Source: a virus (Duplodnaviria; Caudoviricetes). Taken from it: a stretch of 62,273 nucleotides of DNA. Each line of letters opens with the position of its first letter. The first letter of the stretch is position 1. Position numbers and translations under genes: made by a program. The stretch lies in IMG/VR virus record IMGVR_UViG_3300046779_000501, positions 1-62,273 of that record, one strand, 5' to 3'. A model generated the notes under the pieces. That model made no database searches. It saw only the letters and a program-made list of their open reading frames with translations, and was not told the DNA's origin. Shown piece by piece: positions 40,449 through 48,707 of this stretch.

Positions 40449-40768
40449 TTTTTACTGTATTTATTTTGTTTAAAATCCTTTATGATTGCTGTAATCTCAG
40501 GTAGGTCCATTAAAGGAAGTGTACTTACCTCTTCACCAAACTGTGTTATTGCTCTAACAAAGTCTGTCATATCTAGACCAGGTGTCTCCCAAAAAGCATT
40601 GAATAAATGACCGTGTTCTTTAAGGACTGTGTCCACAAAGTTCTTCATAGTCATCTTAGTCTTGTGTTTGTTAAACCACTTAATACTCTCAGTATTATCA
40701 CATGCATGAATGCATACTTCTAAATGCATCATGAGATGCACTACTCTCAGCTTTTCTTCTTCAGTCAT
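40445..40768 (-). CDS. Hypothetical protein
   Basis: Coupled ORF. Confidence 0.6.
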   Translation of the reverse strand: MTEEEKLRVVHLMMHLEVCIHACDNTESIKWFNKHKTKMTMKNFVDTVLKEHGHLFNAFWETPGLDMTDFVRAITQFGEEVSTLPLMDLPEITAIIKDFKQNKYSKK

Positions 40769-40769
40769 A

Positions 40770-40973
40770 CTAGTCTTGTTGTCTTATTTTATCACGTAAT
40801 TCTTCAAATACAATTACAATAAGTGCAAATATAACTATGATTAACATTAGTGGTATCATCCACCATATAGGTAAAGTTATCCACCACCATGACCAATCAA
40901 TAACACCTGAAAGCTTCAGTGTTAGCAGTACTATAAAGACTATAGCACTTAAAGACAAACCGTTATTTTCCAT
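40770..40973 (-). CDS. Small membrane protein (LKL.G.IDWSWWW..P.W family)
   Basis: Common phage TM motif IVLLTLKLSGVIDWSWWWITLPIW. Confidence 0.75.
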   Translation of the reverse strand: MENNGLSLSAIVFIVLLTLKLSGVIDWSWWWITLPIWWMIPLMLIIVIFALIVIVFEELRDKIRQQD

Positions 40974-41208
40974 ATCTTTTTACAAATTTATGCATTTGAT
41001 ACCATTCGTGAAAACTTTTTGTTTCATGACCCTCTTGACTATGAACACCTTCTACAAAACCATTATTCCATGCGTTATGTAAATCATTTTTATCATAGCA
41101 AACGTGTTCTCTAAGCATATCTATCTCAGCATTTTTCATCAATAGCTTTGCATAGAATACAAGAAATAGAGATATGAAACTAACTATTACTATCGCTGTT
41201 ATCAACAT
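40963..41208 (-). CDS. Small membrane-anchored protein
   Basis: N-terminal TM, coupled ORF. Confidence 0.55.
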   Translation of the reverse strand: MLITAIVIVSFISLFLVFYAKLLMKNAEIDMLREHVCYDKNDLHNAWNNGFVEGVHSQEGHETKSFHEWYQMHKFVKRYGK

Positions 41209-41476
41209 CTTTTTGTTTATTAATTATTTTATTAATTTCTGCAAGATGCTCGAGTCTAATAGCTTCAAGCTCTTCTTCTTTTTGTACTTCTTTTACAGAT
41301 TTAAAGAATTCTTGTAGCATCTTGGGGTATATAGGTATACCAGCAGTCATGATGATTCGCTCATCAAGTTCTTTGTTATTACCTTTACCTATACCAATGT
41401 ACCACTTAGTCTCATATCCGTTGTCTACTTTTACAATACCGGTTTTTTCAAACCATATTGAGTCTATTATTTTCAT
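41180..41476 (-). CDS. Hypothetical protein
   Basis: Coupled ORF, WF..GIVKV...K.YIG...D...I...G pattern. Confidence 0.6.
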   Translation of the reverse strand: MKIIDSIWFEKTGIVKVDNGYETKWYIGIGKGNNKELDERIIMTAGIPIYPKMLQEFFKSVKEVQKEEELEAIRLEHLAEINKIINKQKDVDNSDSNS

Positions 41477-42108
41477 AACTTAAAAGCTTTAATTGTGTGT
41501 TCAAAAGGATTACCTTCAATGTTCTTTACTAGATCTAACATCTGTTGTGCTACGTCACGAACTTCAACTTGAGCATGCTCACTGTTGCGTAGTCCTTGGA
41601 AGTGTGCAAAACTTCTCCAGTTAAACATAACATCCATAGTAATCTGAGAGTTAAAAGTCTTAAAGAACCTAGCAGATTCTTTAGCACGCTTACGTCCTAG
41701 TTTAGGAGTAAGTATTTCTAAGAACTTATGGTAATACTCATTAGCCTCATTAGTAAAATCAATTAAGTCTTGTTGCAAAGTCTCATCCCAGTCTTCAGGA
41801 ATATACATCTTATCTTCTTTTAATTCCTTGTATCTAGCAGACTCACCATTAATACTTACACCTATACGGTGTTTCAGTAAATGAATATGTGTTGCTTGAT
41901 CTACAGTAACTAAGAAGTGCAGACTACTCTTCTCAAATGGTGTATGATGTCCTTCTGATGCTAACATATCTAGCAACTTAGGAATGCGGTTAACCTTTTC
42001 TTCTGTTAAATCTCTACTAGTACTAGTCCATGCAGAACTTGCATGCACGGTATCATCACCGTAGTAACCTAGTAATTCTACTTTATTCTTATACATATTG
42101 ACAAACAT
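41473..42108 (-). CDS. thyX: FAD-dependent thymidylate synthase
   Basis: GHHTPFE, HLLKHR..S....SARY, N.RS..HF..LR...HAQ.E.R. Start may be 42096. Confidence 0.92.
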   Translation of the reverse strand: MFVNMYKNKVELLGYYGDDTVHASSAWTSTSRDLTEEKVNRIPKLLDMLASEGHHTPFEKSSLHFLVTVDQATHIHLLKHRIGVSINGESARYKELKEDKMYIPEDWDETLQQDLIDFTNEANEYYHKFLEILTPKLGRKRAKESARFFKTFNSQITMDVMFNWRSFAHFQGLRNSEHAQVEVRDVAQQMLDLVKNIEGNPFEHTIKAFKL

Positions 42109-42394
42109 GATAAATAGTTACATCTTTACTTTGCAAACGTACATGATTAAGTAGAACATATAACCATTCTATTTCATCATAATCTATACGCTTCTTTTCA
42201 CGAGACTTAAACTCATACTTGTAGCCATTACCGTCATTCTCAAGACTAACTAATAGTTCACCTTTAGCATCTTCAGACCATGTGGAACCCATACTTCTCC
42301 ATAGTTGGTATAATGTTCCATTGTCTGTATCAGCTTCTGTGATTACATACTCTACATCTTGTTGTAGAGAATCAATTACATAATAATTTTTCAT
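42089..42394 (-). CDS. Hypothetical protein
   Basis: Coupled ORF. Confidence 0.6.
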   Translation of the reverse strand: MKNYYVIDSLQQDVEYVITEADTDNGTLYQLWRSMGSTWSEDAKGELLVSLENDGNGYKYEFKSREKKRIDYDEIEWLYVLLNHVRLQSKDVTIYHVCQYV

Positions 42395-42603
42395 TTCTTT
42401 TTTCCTTTTACAATATGATTTACTTGCTCATAAATATCTTGAGCTTGTTTACCCCAGTACATTTCACACGAGAACTTATTATTCTCTGTTTTACCTGGTA
42501 TTTCTACAAAGTATGATTGCATCATACCAGCTTGCGAAGTGTATCTATAACACCCATCTTTTATAGGACAATCAGTCCCCTTACATTTTGTTATGTCACT
42601 CAT
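42391..42603 (-). CDS. Small Cys-rich protein
   Basis: MSDITKC....CP....CYRY...C..YW, a pattern seen in phage zinc-binding proteins. Confidence 0.7.
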   Translation of the reverse strand: MSDITKCKGTDCPIKDGCYRYTSQAGMMQSYFVEIPGKTENNKFSCEMYWGKQAQDIYEQVNHIVKGKKK

Positions 42604-42613
42604 AGTTTTAGTT

Positions 42614-43498
42614 TTAAAATATATAACGTATTGTACACCAAGGAATTAATACACCATGTAGTGACTTGAACTCATGTATATACTGTGCTTTTAGTTCACG
42701 TTTATACCGGATATTTTCACCACCATACTGTGATATCTTAGCTTCTTGTAACTCAGGAACCCATAGCAGGTCCTCACCGGGAAGATTATTCTCTACATTA
42801 AAGAGATGTTTCTTCTCATTATGTGTAAGAAAAATAACCTCACACTTCATCTGTTTTTTTGCCGCTGGAGAAACTATCTCATCTATTAACATAAATAAAT
42901 CCCGGTACTCTTCTAACCAACCATCAGTCACTATAACAGGACTAAAGTTTAAATGTACCTCGTAACCATCTATAAGTAACATAGTAATCTGATCAAGTCT
43001 TTGTTGTATACTAGGAGTATTAGGTTCTAGTATACTAGCATACTTCTGTGGCATTAGACTAACACGGAGTCTAACCTTATCATTAAGTAAACCTAGTTGT
43101 TTATTAAATAGATCAGGCATCACATGTTTAGTAGCAAAAGATGCTTTAGCACGGTCATGTTTCTTAAAGAAGTCAAAGATCTCTTTCAGAGGCAATTGTC
43201 TAGCATGTAACCCTATGTCTACATTACAACCAATGTCATACGTAATAAACGTACTATCTGTTTGGTTAGGTTTCTCATCAGTAGCAAACCATGCGTGATG
43301 GTCTATAGCTGTGAGAATGTCATTTACATTTTTATAAAATACTACACCTTCTGTTACGTGTCTCTTACAATAACAGTAACTACAGTTATATCCACACCCA
43401 AATGCAAAACTCGGGGTAATATAATCAGTACTACGTCCAGAAGGTTTAATCTCCATGCTCTGTAAAGAAGCATATTTGATTAGCTTTTCTGTACTCAA
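42614..43498 (-). CDS. Spore photoproduct lyase-like radical SAM enzyme
   Basis: CxxxCxxC in GCGYNCSYCYC, YDIGCNVD, SFATK, RLRVSLMP, GYEVHLNFSPVI, YGG.N.RY. TTG start. Confidence 0.85.
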   Translation of the reverse strand: MSTEKLIKYASLQSMEIKPSGRSTDYITPSFAFGCGYNCSYCYCKRHVTEGVVFYKNVNDILTAIDHHAWFATDEKPNQTDSTFITYDIGCNVDIGLHARQLPLKEIFDFFKKHDRAKASFATKHVMPDLFNKQLGLLNDKVRLRVSLMPQKYASILEPNTPSIQQRLDQITMLLIDGYEVHLNFSPVIVTDGWLEEYRDLFMLIDEIVSPAAKKQMKCEVIFLTHNEKKHLFNVENNLPGEDLLWVPELQEAKISQYGGENIRYKRELKAQYIHEFKSLHGVLIPWCTIRYIF

Positions 43499-43510
43499 CT
43501 AAGTAATGTT

Positions 43511-43720
43511 TTAGTCTTCTGAATCTACTTTCAAATCAAGTATTCTGTCAAAAAGAATATCAGCATATACTTTCATTGCATGATACTGTGCTTCAAGTAA
43601 TTCTTGTTGTCTTTCAGATACAGTAAGAAACCTATCTGACATAATAAAGTCATCTAGTTTAGAGATCTTTTCATCAAGATTAAAATGCTCATCATAGAGC
43701 TTGTTAATTAAATCATTCAT
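43511..43720 (-). CDS. crAss001_48-like small coiled-coil protein
   Basis: L.EKI.KL..FI....F......Q.LL..Q..AM..Y..IL..RI pattern. Confidence 0.7.
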   Translation of the reverse strand: MNDLINKLYDEHFNLDEKISKLDDFIMSDRFLTVSERQQELLEAQYHAMKVYADILFDRILDLKVDSED

Positions 43721-43729
43721 AGTTTTTGT

Positions 43730-43990
43730 TTAATTAAGTATTGAAGACAAGTAAATTCCTAGGTAACTACCTGTAACTGATCCTGCAACATACCCCAGCC
43801 ATTGGTGTACAGCATCTTCACTACGAGCAATTTTCCTAATGACAAAGAATGATAGAGATGCTAACATAAAGTCTGTGATAGCAGCTTCATGGTAGTCAGT
43901 TGCAGCTACTGCTCTAAAATTTATACACAACAAAGAGTAGCTAATAATCTGAATGCAAAACAGCAGTAAGGCTTCTTTAAACTTTTTCAT
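43730..43990 (-). CDS. Small membrane protein (3 TM)
   Basis: Three hydrophobic segments, GY..GS..G motif. Confidence 0.65.
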   Translation of the reverse strand: MKKFKEALLLFCIQIISYSLLCINFRAVAATDYHEAAITDFMLASLSFFVIRKIARSEDAVHQWLGYVAGSVTGSYLGIYLSSILN

Positions 43991-44325
43991 AGCTCAAGGT
44001 TCTCTACTATGTGCTGAACAAGCAACGCATGCATTTCTACTGAATCAACCTCTTTGTACTCAAGGATATCATAAGCAGCTCCTACTATAACTCCTATGAT
44101 TTGTCCTAATGGCGCACCATAATTAATCACAAGAAGGTTTTTTACTCCTTCATCAGTGTGCCACTGTCTAAATCCTACCGTCAACTTTGATAACTTAACA
44201 GCTTCTTCAGGAACTTTACTACTTTGAATAAAATGTTTAATGTCCTCTTCTATTAGTTCAGCAGATTCATTTTTGATAACTCTTAAGTCTTGATGTAAGA
44301 GTTCTAGTGTAATTGTTTTCTTCAT
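43987..44325 (-). CDS. Hypothetical protein
   Basis: Coupled ORF with AT-rich leader. Confidence 0.6.
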   Translation of the reverse strand: MKKTITLELLHQDLRVIKNESAELIEEDIKHFIQSSKVPEEAVKLSKLTVGFRQWHTDEGVKNLLVINYGAPLGQIIGVIVGAAYDILEYKEVDSVEMHALLVQHIVENLEL

Positions 44326-44349
44326 ATGAATTGGTTTTAAAAGTTTAAA

Positions 44350-44580
44350 GGTTGCCTTTTTGAACGACGTCGAGAAGGCTAACTCTATCTCCTATACGAT
44401 GAGAACAGTAATTTGAGCTTGTGTCAGAGGCTTCCTGTGTTTTACGATCCACTCGCGAGCGTGGCTAATAAGTTGCAATACAGAACCCAGTACTATACGT
44501 CACTCCGGGTATGTACACTTACGAAGAGTATTCCTCAACTGGGGATGTTAGGAGCTACCCAACAGTCTATCTGTATTGCG
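44350..44580. ncRNA. Candidate structured non-coding RNA element(s)
   Basis: GC-richer intergenic gap. Closing stem GCAATACAGA (44475-44484) / TCTGTATTGC (44570-44579) encloses hairpins whose G-U pairs favour the - strand. Further hairpins at 44354-44379 and 44449-44464. Confidence 0.5.
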
Positions 44581-44585
44581 GATTA

Positions 44586-44864
44586 TTACCAAACAATAAT
44601 CACCATCTGCTCAGGTACTACGAAATAGAGTTTACCTTCTATCTCTAGTACTTCACAGTTAGTAATACCCATACCAGTGTATACTAAATCACCAACTTTA
44701 ATGCTGGTAACATCAGTTCCTACTGCTGCAACGGGTAATTTGTTTAATGTTTTTACAAACTCAATAGCTGCTGCTTCTTCAGCTTCTGGAGTTAATTCAA
44801 TTAAAGACTTTGGTCTTTCTGGTCTCTCGACTAAGATGCGTTTACCGCGTAGTTCTTTGAACAT
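44586..44864 (-). CDS. groES: GroES-like co-chaperonin (Cpn10)
   Basis: LRGKRILVE, VAAVGTDV..IKVGDLV, IEGKLY.VV.E..VI. Likely start MFKEL at 44864. Confidence 0.8.
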   Translation of the reverse strand: MFKELRGKRILVERPERPKSLIELTPEAEEAAAIEFVKTLNKLPVAAVGTDVTSIKVGDLVYTGMGITNCEVLEIEGKLYFVVPEQMVIIVW

Positions 44865-44880
44865 AATTATTGGTTTTGCA

Positions 44881-44888
44881 CAAATATA
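44881..44888 (-). promoter_or_regulatory. Bacteroidota sigma-type -7 promoter element TATATTTG
   Basis: Matches TAnnTTTG, 16 nt upstream of the GroES start. Confidence 0.55.
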
Positions 44889-44900
44889 CAAACTAATGTA

Positions 44901-45206
44901 CTATAGAACAAGTGCTATTTCTTCTGATACTACAGTTTCTTCTGTGGATTCTGACTCTTCAGCTTCCCGGAATCTCCATGCAGCAAATCTAGGTTCTATA
45001 AACCTATTCCATTTGGTAAGATAAACCATAGGGTTTCTTACTTCTTCAAGTAATACACCGTCTACAATACCATCATTGTCATCAAACTCACGAATAGTGT
45101 ACTTAGCATCTAGTTTTACCCAGTTAGGACAATACTTAGGTTGCCATTCAGCAACTTCAGGTCTCATAGAATCATCTACACATACTACTCTAGTACCAGG
45201 TTTCAT
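44901..45206 (-). CDS. Hypothetical protein (SH3-like VVCVDD...YTIR...RFR family)
   Basis: G.RVVCVD...YTIR...LEE..N...EP.F...RFR pattern. Confidence 0.7.
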   Translation of the reverse strand: MKPGTRVVCVDDSMRPEVAEWQPKYCPNWVKLDAKYTIREFDDNDGIVDGVLLEEVRNPMVYLTKWNRFIEPRFAAWRFREAEESESTEETVVSEEIALVL

Positions 45207-45424
45207 AGCTTTTCTATTTCTTGTTTAACGTCTAAATAAAATGTAGTTGCTTTGTTATTAACTCCATATATATTTTTTTGACTTTTTAATACCTCATCCA
45301 CTGCTATCAATGCACAACATTTTGCTGCATCTAAACAATCTGTCCATCCTAAATCATTAAAAAATAACCTTGTATGTGGAATACATTTATCAATCAACTC
45401 ATCAGCTTTTTCTTTTGGTGTCAT
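45203..45424 (-). CDS. Hypothetical protein (MTPKEKA.EL family)
   Basis: MTPKEKADEL...AK.CALIAVDE...VKQEIEKL, typical of Bacteroidota phages. Confidence 0.75.
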   Translation of the reverse strand: MTPKEKADELIDKCIPHTRLFFNDLGWTDCLDAAKCCALIAVDEVLKSQKNIYGVNNKATTFYLDVKQEIEKL

Positions 45425-45681
45425 AAATGATCATTTAAGTTTTTATACTTTCTAATTAGTTTAAAGGTAGTCTCCATAGTATTCCAGTTAAGATGTGGTT
45501 CTTCACCTGCTTTTACTCCGTAGTATGCTATACAGTAACCATGATTAGCGTTATACCAGTGTTCACGTTTAATCCGGATACCATTAACTTTATCTAGATA
45601 TATCCAAGGAGCATTACCAGAAAGTTCTATTTGTATACCTATCTTCTTAAGACGTTCTACAAACACACTAATCTCATTCAT
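45421..45681 (-). CDS. Hypothetical protein
   Basis: RLKKIGI..EL.GN.PWIYL..VNG, coupled ORF. Confidence 0.7.
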   Translation of the reverse strand: MNEISVFVERLKKIGIQIELSGNAPWIYLDKVNGIRIKREHWYNANHGYCIAYYGVKAGEEPHLNWNTMETTFKLIRKYKNLNDHL

Positions 45682-45895
45682 CTTGACTTCCTATTTTATG
45701 TTCATCTTTAACATTTAAATTATGTAGTACAGCAACATATACTGCGTAAAATAGAGCGCTCGCACCTATAATCCCTAAACCACTAACAAATATCTTAACA
45801 AATATTTCTTGCCAATAATAACACGCAATAAAAACAAATGGAAACACTCCCATAATTAATGACGTAATCAGTGCTGCTTTTAGTTTATTACTCAT
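45674..45895 (-). CDS. Small membrane protein (2 TM)
   Basis: Two hydrophobic helices. Confidence 0.6.
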   Translation of the reverse strand: MSNKLKAALITSLIMGVFPFVFIACYYWQEIFVKIFVSGLGIIGASALFYAVYVAVLHNLNVKDEHKIGSQDE

Positions 45896-46274
45896 CTTTA
45901 CCTCCGTATGTTTCGTTGTAGTATTGTTCTGCCCAATTTTTAGTTTCCTCTAAATTATAAGCATCTCCATCACCCGCTTGGTAAGCAGTTTCAATCTGCT
46001 CACGTTCCATTTGTAGTGCTTGTTCAATTAGTGAACCATGAGTAATTCTCAAATTATTGAATCCTCTGTACTCGCCATTTTTAGTTTCTAATTCTTGAAG
46101 AAACCATTGCAATGCTGTTTGTTTACTCATTGTTACTTCTTTAGGAATCCACTTACCATTATTCTTTATAGCTAACTCTTCACTCCAAATGACTTTAGTT
46201 TCAAATCTATCATCCATTGCTACTAATTTGCCATAAAGATGACTATACATATCAATTGCTGTTTGTTTACTCAT
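45888..46274 (-). CDS. MSKQTA-family protein, apparent fusion of two gene starts
   Basis: MSKQTA occurs twice in frame. C-terminal EQA..ME.EQI..AY...EQYYNETY pattern. Confidence 0.65.
   Translation of the reverse strand: MSKQTAIDMYSHLYGKLVAMDDRFETKVIWSEELAIKNNGKWIPKEVTMSKQTALQWFLQELETKNGEYRGFNNLRITHGSLIEQALQMEREQIETAYQAGDGDAYNLEETKNWAEQYYNETYGGKDE
46113..46274. repeat. 18-bp direct repeat TGCTGTTTGTTTACTCAT (46113-46130, 46257-46274)
   Basis: Exact repeat encoding MSKQTA on the - strand. Confidence 0.85.
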
Positions 46275-46276
46275 AA

Positions 46277-46465
46277 TTAAAAATCTTTAAAGTTGTTTGT
46301 AAATGCTGCTATGTATAGCATAAATCCACCAAGAGCTAATGCAAAAATAAATCCGATTGGATATCGTCCAGTCTGTTGCTCATACCATTGTGTGAAGATC
46401 GGGACTAGCAATGTACTAATCAATGTGCATATAAACATGATGTAAAGTTTTGTTTCTTTTTTCAT
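46277..46465 (-). CDS. Small membrane protein
   Basis: Two TM segments. Confidence 0.6.
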   Translation of the reverse strand: MKKETKLYIMFICTLISTLLVPIFTQWYEQQTGRYPIGFIFALALGGFMLYIAAFTNNFKDF

Positions 46466-47067
46466 AAGTTTAAGTATTTACCCACAAGTTCTTCTTGACC
46501 TTGAGAGTTGGTTGTTGTTTTAGGTACTTCAATTTCTTGATAAGGAACATCTAATTCATCAGTATAGCCTTTATTCATTGTAATAGTCTCACACTCAAAG
46601 TGAGTAGGTCTTGATGGTTGTTGGAGACGTTCAATGATTTCATCATCTGTGAAAAACATATCATCTATACCATCACCTTTGATTTCAGTACCCATTTCTA
46701 TTGCTCTCCTTACATCCTCCTCTGTGTACTTATACTTCTCCTTTGCTTTGTTGTAGCCTATTTGAAATGCTTCTTCTCTCAACTTTATTTCATATTCTGA
46801 CTTTCTAAATTGAGACTTAGCCAACTCCTCAACATCATTTTGTTGACCCCAACTAAATGATGGAAGCAAAGGTACTCCTTCAAGGATAGGTGCATCATCA
46901 GTCAATGGTAAATGTCCAACAACTGTTTTAGCAATAGAACTTTCTCCATATTCAGCACCTCCCGTATGTTTTAGTTGATGTATGTAAGTATCATAGTAAA
47001 CCTTAGTAGGTATCTCATCAGTTAAGATAAGAGCATACTTGTCTGTGTAAACGATTTCTTTTTTCAT
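46462..47067 (-). CDS. Hypothetical protein
   Basis: HLPL..APILEGV.LLP and GYNKAKEKYKYTEED motifs. Confidence 0.7.
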   Translation of the reverse strand: MKKEIVYTDKYALILTDEIPTKVYYDTYIHQLKHTGGAEYGESSIAKTVVGHLPLTDDAPILEGVPLLPSFSWGQQNDVEELAKSQFRKSEYEIKLREEAFQIGYNKAKEKYKYTEEDVRRAIEMGTEIKGDGIDDMFFTDDEIIERLQQPSRPTHFECETITMNKGYTDELDVPYQEIEVPKTTTNSQGQEELVGKYLNL

Positions 47068-47447
47068 ACCAAATCATTTAAGTTAATTGTTTTGACATAA
47101 CCTTTAGTGCAAATGCCTATTGATCTAGCAGATTCTTTAGAAATAAAAGTAGCTGACGTGCTTATGAAACCATCATGTGTGCTATACAAATTCACCCAAG
47201 ATTCAACAACCTCTTCTTCGTATTGGAGTTGAAGATCGTATCCACTATTCACTTCTCTATAATGCAAACCATTCAAGTGCCACTTATTTGTTCTATTCGC
47301 CAATACGCCAACTAAAGGTTCATTGTGTACATTTTCAAAATGTATTATTTGATTTACCTCATCACCACCTCGTGTAACTACCTTATACTTATCACGGTTG
47401 TTGTTGTACTCTTCCCAATTAAATGGGATTGTTTTTGTCTGTTTCAT
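47064..47447 (-). CDS. Hypothetical protein
   Basis: PFN.E...KVVTR.G..V...W...G...DL...WVN.Y pattern. Confidence 0.7.
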   Translation of the reverse strand: MKQTKTIPFNWEEYNNNRDKYKVVTRGGDEVNQIIHFENVHNEPLVGVLANRTNKWHLNGLHYREVNSGYDLQLQYEEEVVESWVNLYSTHDGFISTSATFISKESARSIGICTKGYVKTINLNDLV

Positions 47448-47812
47448 AGTTCTTTAGTTTTTACAATTTCTATTAGCTTTTTCAAGCAAGCTAACTCCGC
47501 TTCTTCGTATGTTTCAAATTCTGTAAACAACCTATTACTATTTAAAGTATCTTTCATGTTATTAATTGTGAAACAATAAAAACCTCCTGTAAAATATTGA
47601 GGAGCTACTACCAAACTATACTTTTCTCTAAAGAAACGGAAGGCTTGTTGGAATAGTGGTGCTGCAATATTTTCAGATACTCCGTTGGTGTATACTCTGC
47701 TTGTCCACAACTCCCTGTTGTCAAAATGACTGAAACATCCATAACAACGCTCGTTAAATCCAAGTTGCTTTAATTCTAAAGCTAACCCATAGGGTACAAA
47801 TTCTTTTTCCAT
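47444..47812 (-). CDS. Hypothetical protein (MEKEFVPY.LA family)
   Basis: EFVPY.LALELK.LGF.E.C...APL.QQAFR.FREK...TYEEAELACL.KLIEI. Confidence 0.75.
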   Translation of the reverse strand: MEKEFVPYGLALELKQLGFNERCYGCFSHFDNRELWTSRVYTNGVSENIAAPLFQQAFRFFREKYSLVVAPQYFTGGFYCFTINNMKDTLNSNRLFTEFETYEEAELACLKKLIEIVKTKEL

Positions 47813-47814
47813 AG

Positions 47815-48108
47815 TTATTCTTCTAATTCTTGTTGAGGTTTAACTACACGGAGACCCCACATAAGATCTATCCATTGCATCTTTCTATGTGCATTGACAG
47901 CAGTAAGTTTAAGCTCTGTTCTAATGTACTCAGAACCCCACTTGAACCAGTCATCACGTTGTTTCTCGGACATGGTATATCTAGACCACCATCCGTCTCC
48001 TTCTTTAAGGATATCTTCAAAGGTTATATCAGGATAACCAGCAATAAGGAACATAGTCTCTATTAGTGTGCGGACTACTTCATCTTCAGATTTCTTTTTG
48101 TTTCTCAT
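47815..48108 (-). CDS. Hypothetical protein
   Basis: ORF with AT-rich leader. Confidence 0.65.
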   Translation of the reverse strand: MRNKKKSEDEVVRTLIETMFLIAGYPDITFEDILKEGDGWWSRYTMSEKQRDDWFKWGSEYIRTELKLTAVNAHRKMQWIDLMWGLRVVKPQQELEE

Positions 48109-48128
48109 AAGATTAGGTATTAAACCAC

Positions 48129-48152
48129 AAAAGGGAGATCACTCTCCCCTTT
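48129..48152 (-). terminator. Rho-independent terminator
   Basis: GGGAGA-tcac-TCTCCC stem with a T-run on the - strand. Confidence 0.55.
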
Positions 48153-48202
48153 GCAGTAACAAAACAAATAACAATCAAAAAACAAGTAACAGACAAATAT
48201 AA

Positions 48203-48490
48203 TCATAATACTTCAACTGTCAAATGTTCTTCGGATAATTTTTTAGCACGCTCAATCATATCTTCTTTGCTACCATGTTTAACAGCACACTTACCTTTGT
48301 AGTGTACAATAGTAGCGCATTGTTCTGCTTGTTGCATACCGTGATCACAGAATGCTACCAAGCACATAATCACGTGCTCAAATGAATTTACATGATCATT
48401 ATACAAGATGATCTTACTTTCTTCATCTTGATTAACTTGTACTTCCTCCGATACTTCTGTTTCAGTAGTCGTCATCGTCATCATAATCAT
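48203..48490 (-). CDS. clpS: ClpS N-end-rule adaptor
   Basis: IILYNDHVNSFEHVI..L...A...A..VHYKGK..V..G. True start is probably a few codons downstream. Confidence 0.88.
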   Translation of the reverse strand: MIMMTMTTTETEVSEEVQVNQDEESKIILYNDHVNSFEHVIMCLVAFCDHGMQQAEQCATIVHYKGKCAVKHGSKEDMIERAKKLSEEHLTVEVL

Positions 48491-48707
48491 AATACTCTTC
48501 TTTAGCGCAGTCTTTGCATAAAGGTTGTACAGAGAGTAACTCTTCTACTCTTTCATCTATACAATCATCAGCACACTCTTCATCCATGAGTACTTGTTCA
48601 TACAAGATATCTCTCAGATCTTCAGCGTCGCAATATCTGCATAGTTTATCAGATTTATTCCAAGGTGCTAATGGATCATTCTCAGATCCAGGAGGTAAAT
48701 TACTCAT
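48462..48707 (-). CDS. Small zinc-finger-like acidic protein
   Basis: MSNLPPG...DP.APWN, two CxxC pairs. Confidence 0.7.
   Translation of the reverse strand: MSNLPPGSENDPLAPWNKSDKLCRYCDAEDLRDILYEQVLMDEECADDCIDERVEELLSVQPLCKDCAKEEYYDYDDDDDY

Noticed and set aside
44380-44480. Hatchet, pistol or hammerhead ribozyme
   Set aside because: Only short word matches (UGAGAA-CAGUAA, CGUGG). Required stems and the CUGANGA/GAAA core are absent.
44413-44628. 71-aa + strand ORF across the structured intergenic region
   Set aside because: TTG start, atypical composition and overlap with groES. RNA structure explains the region better.
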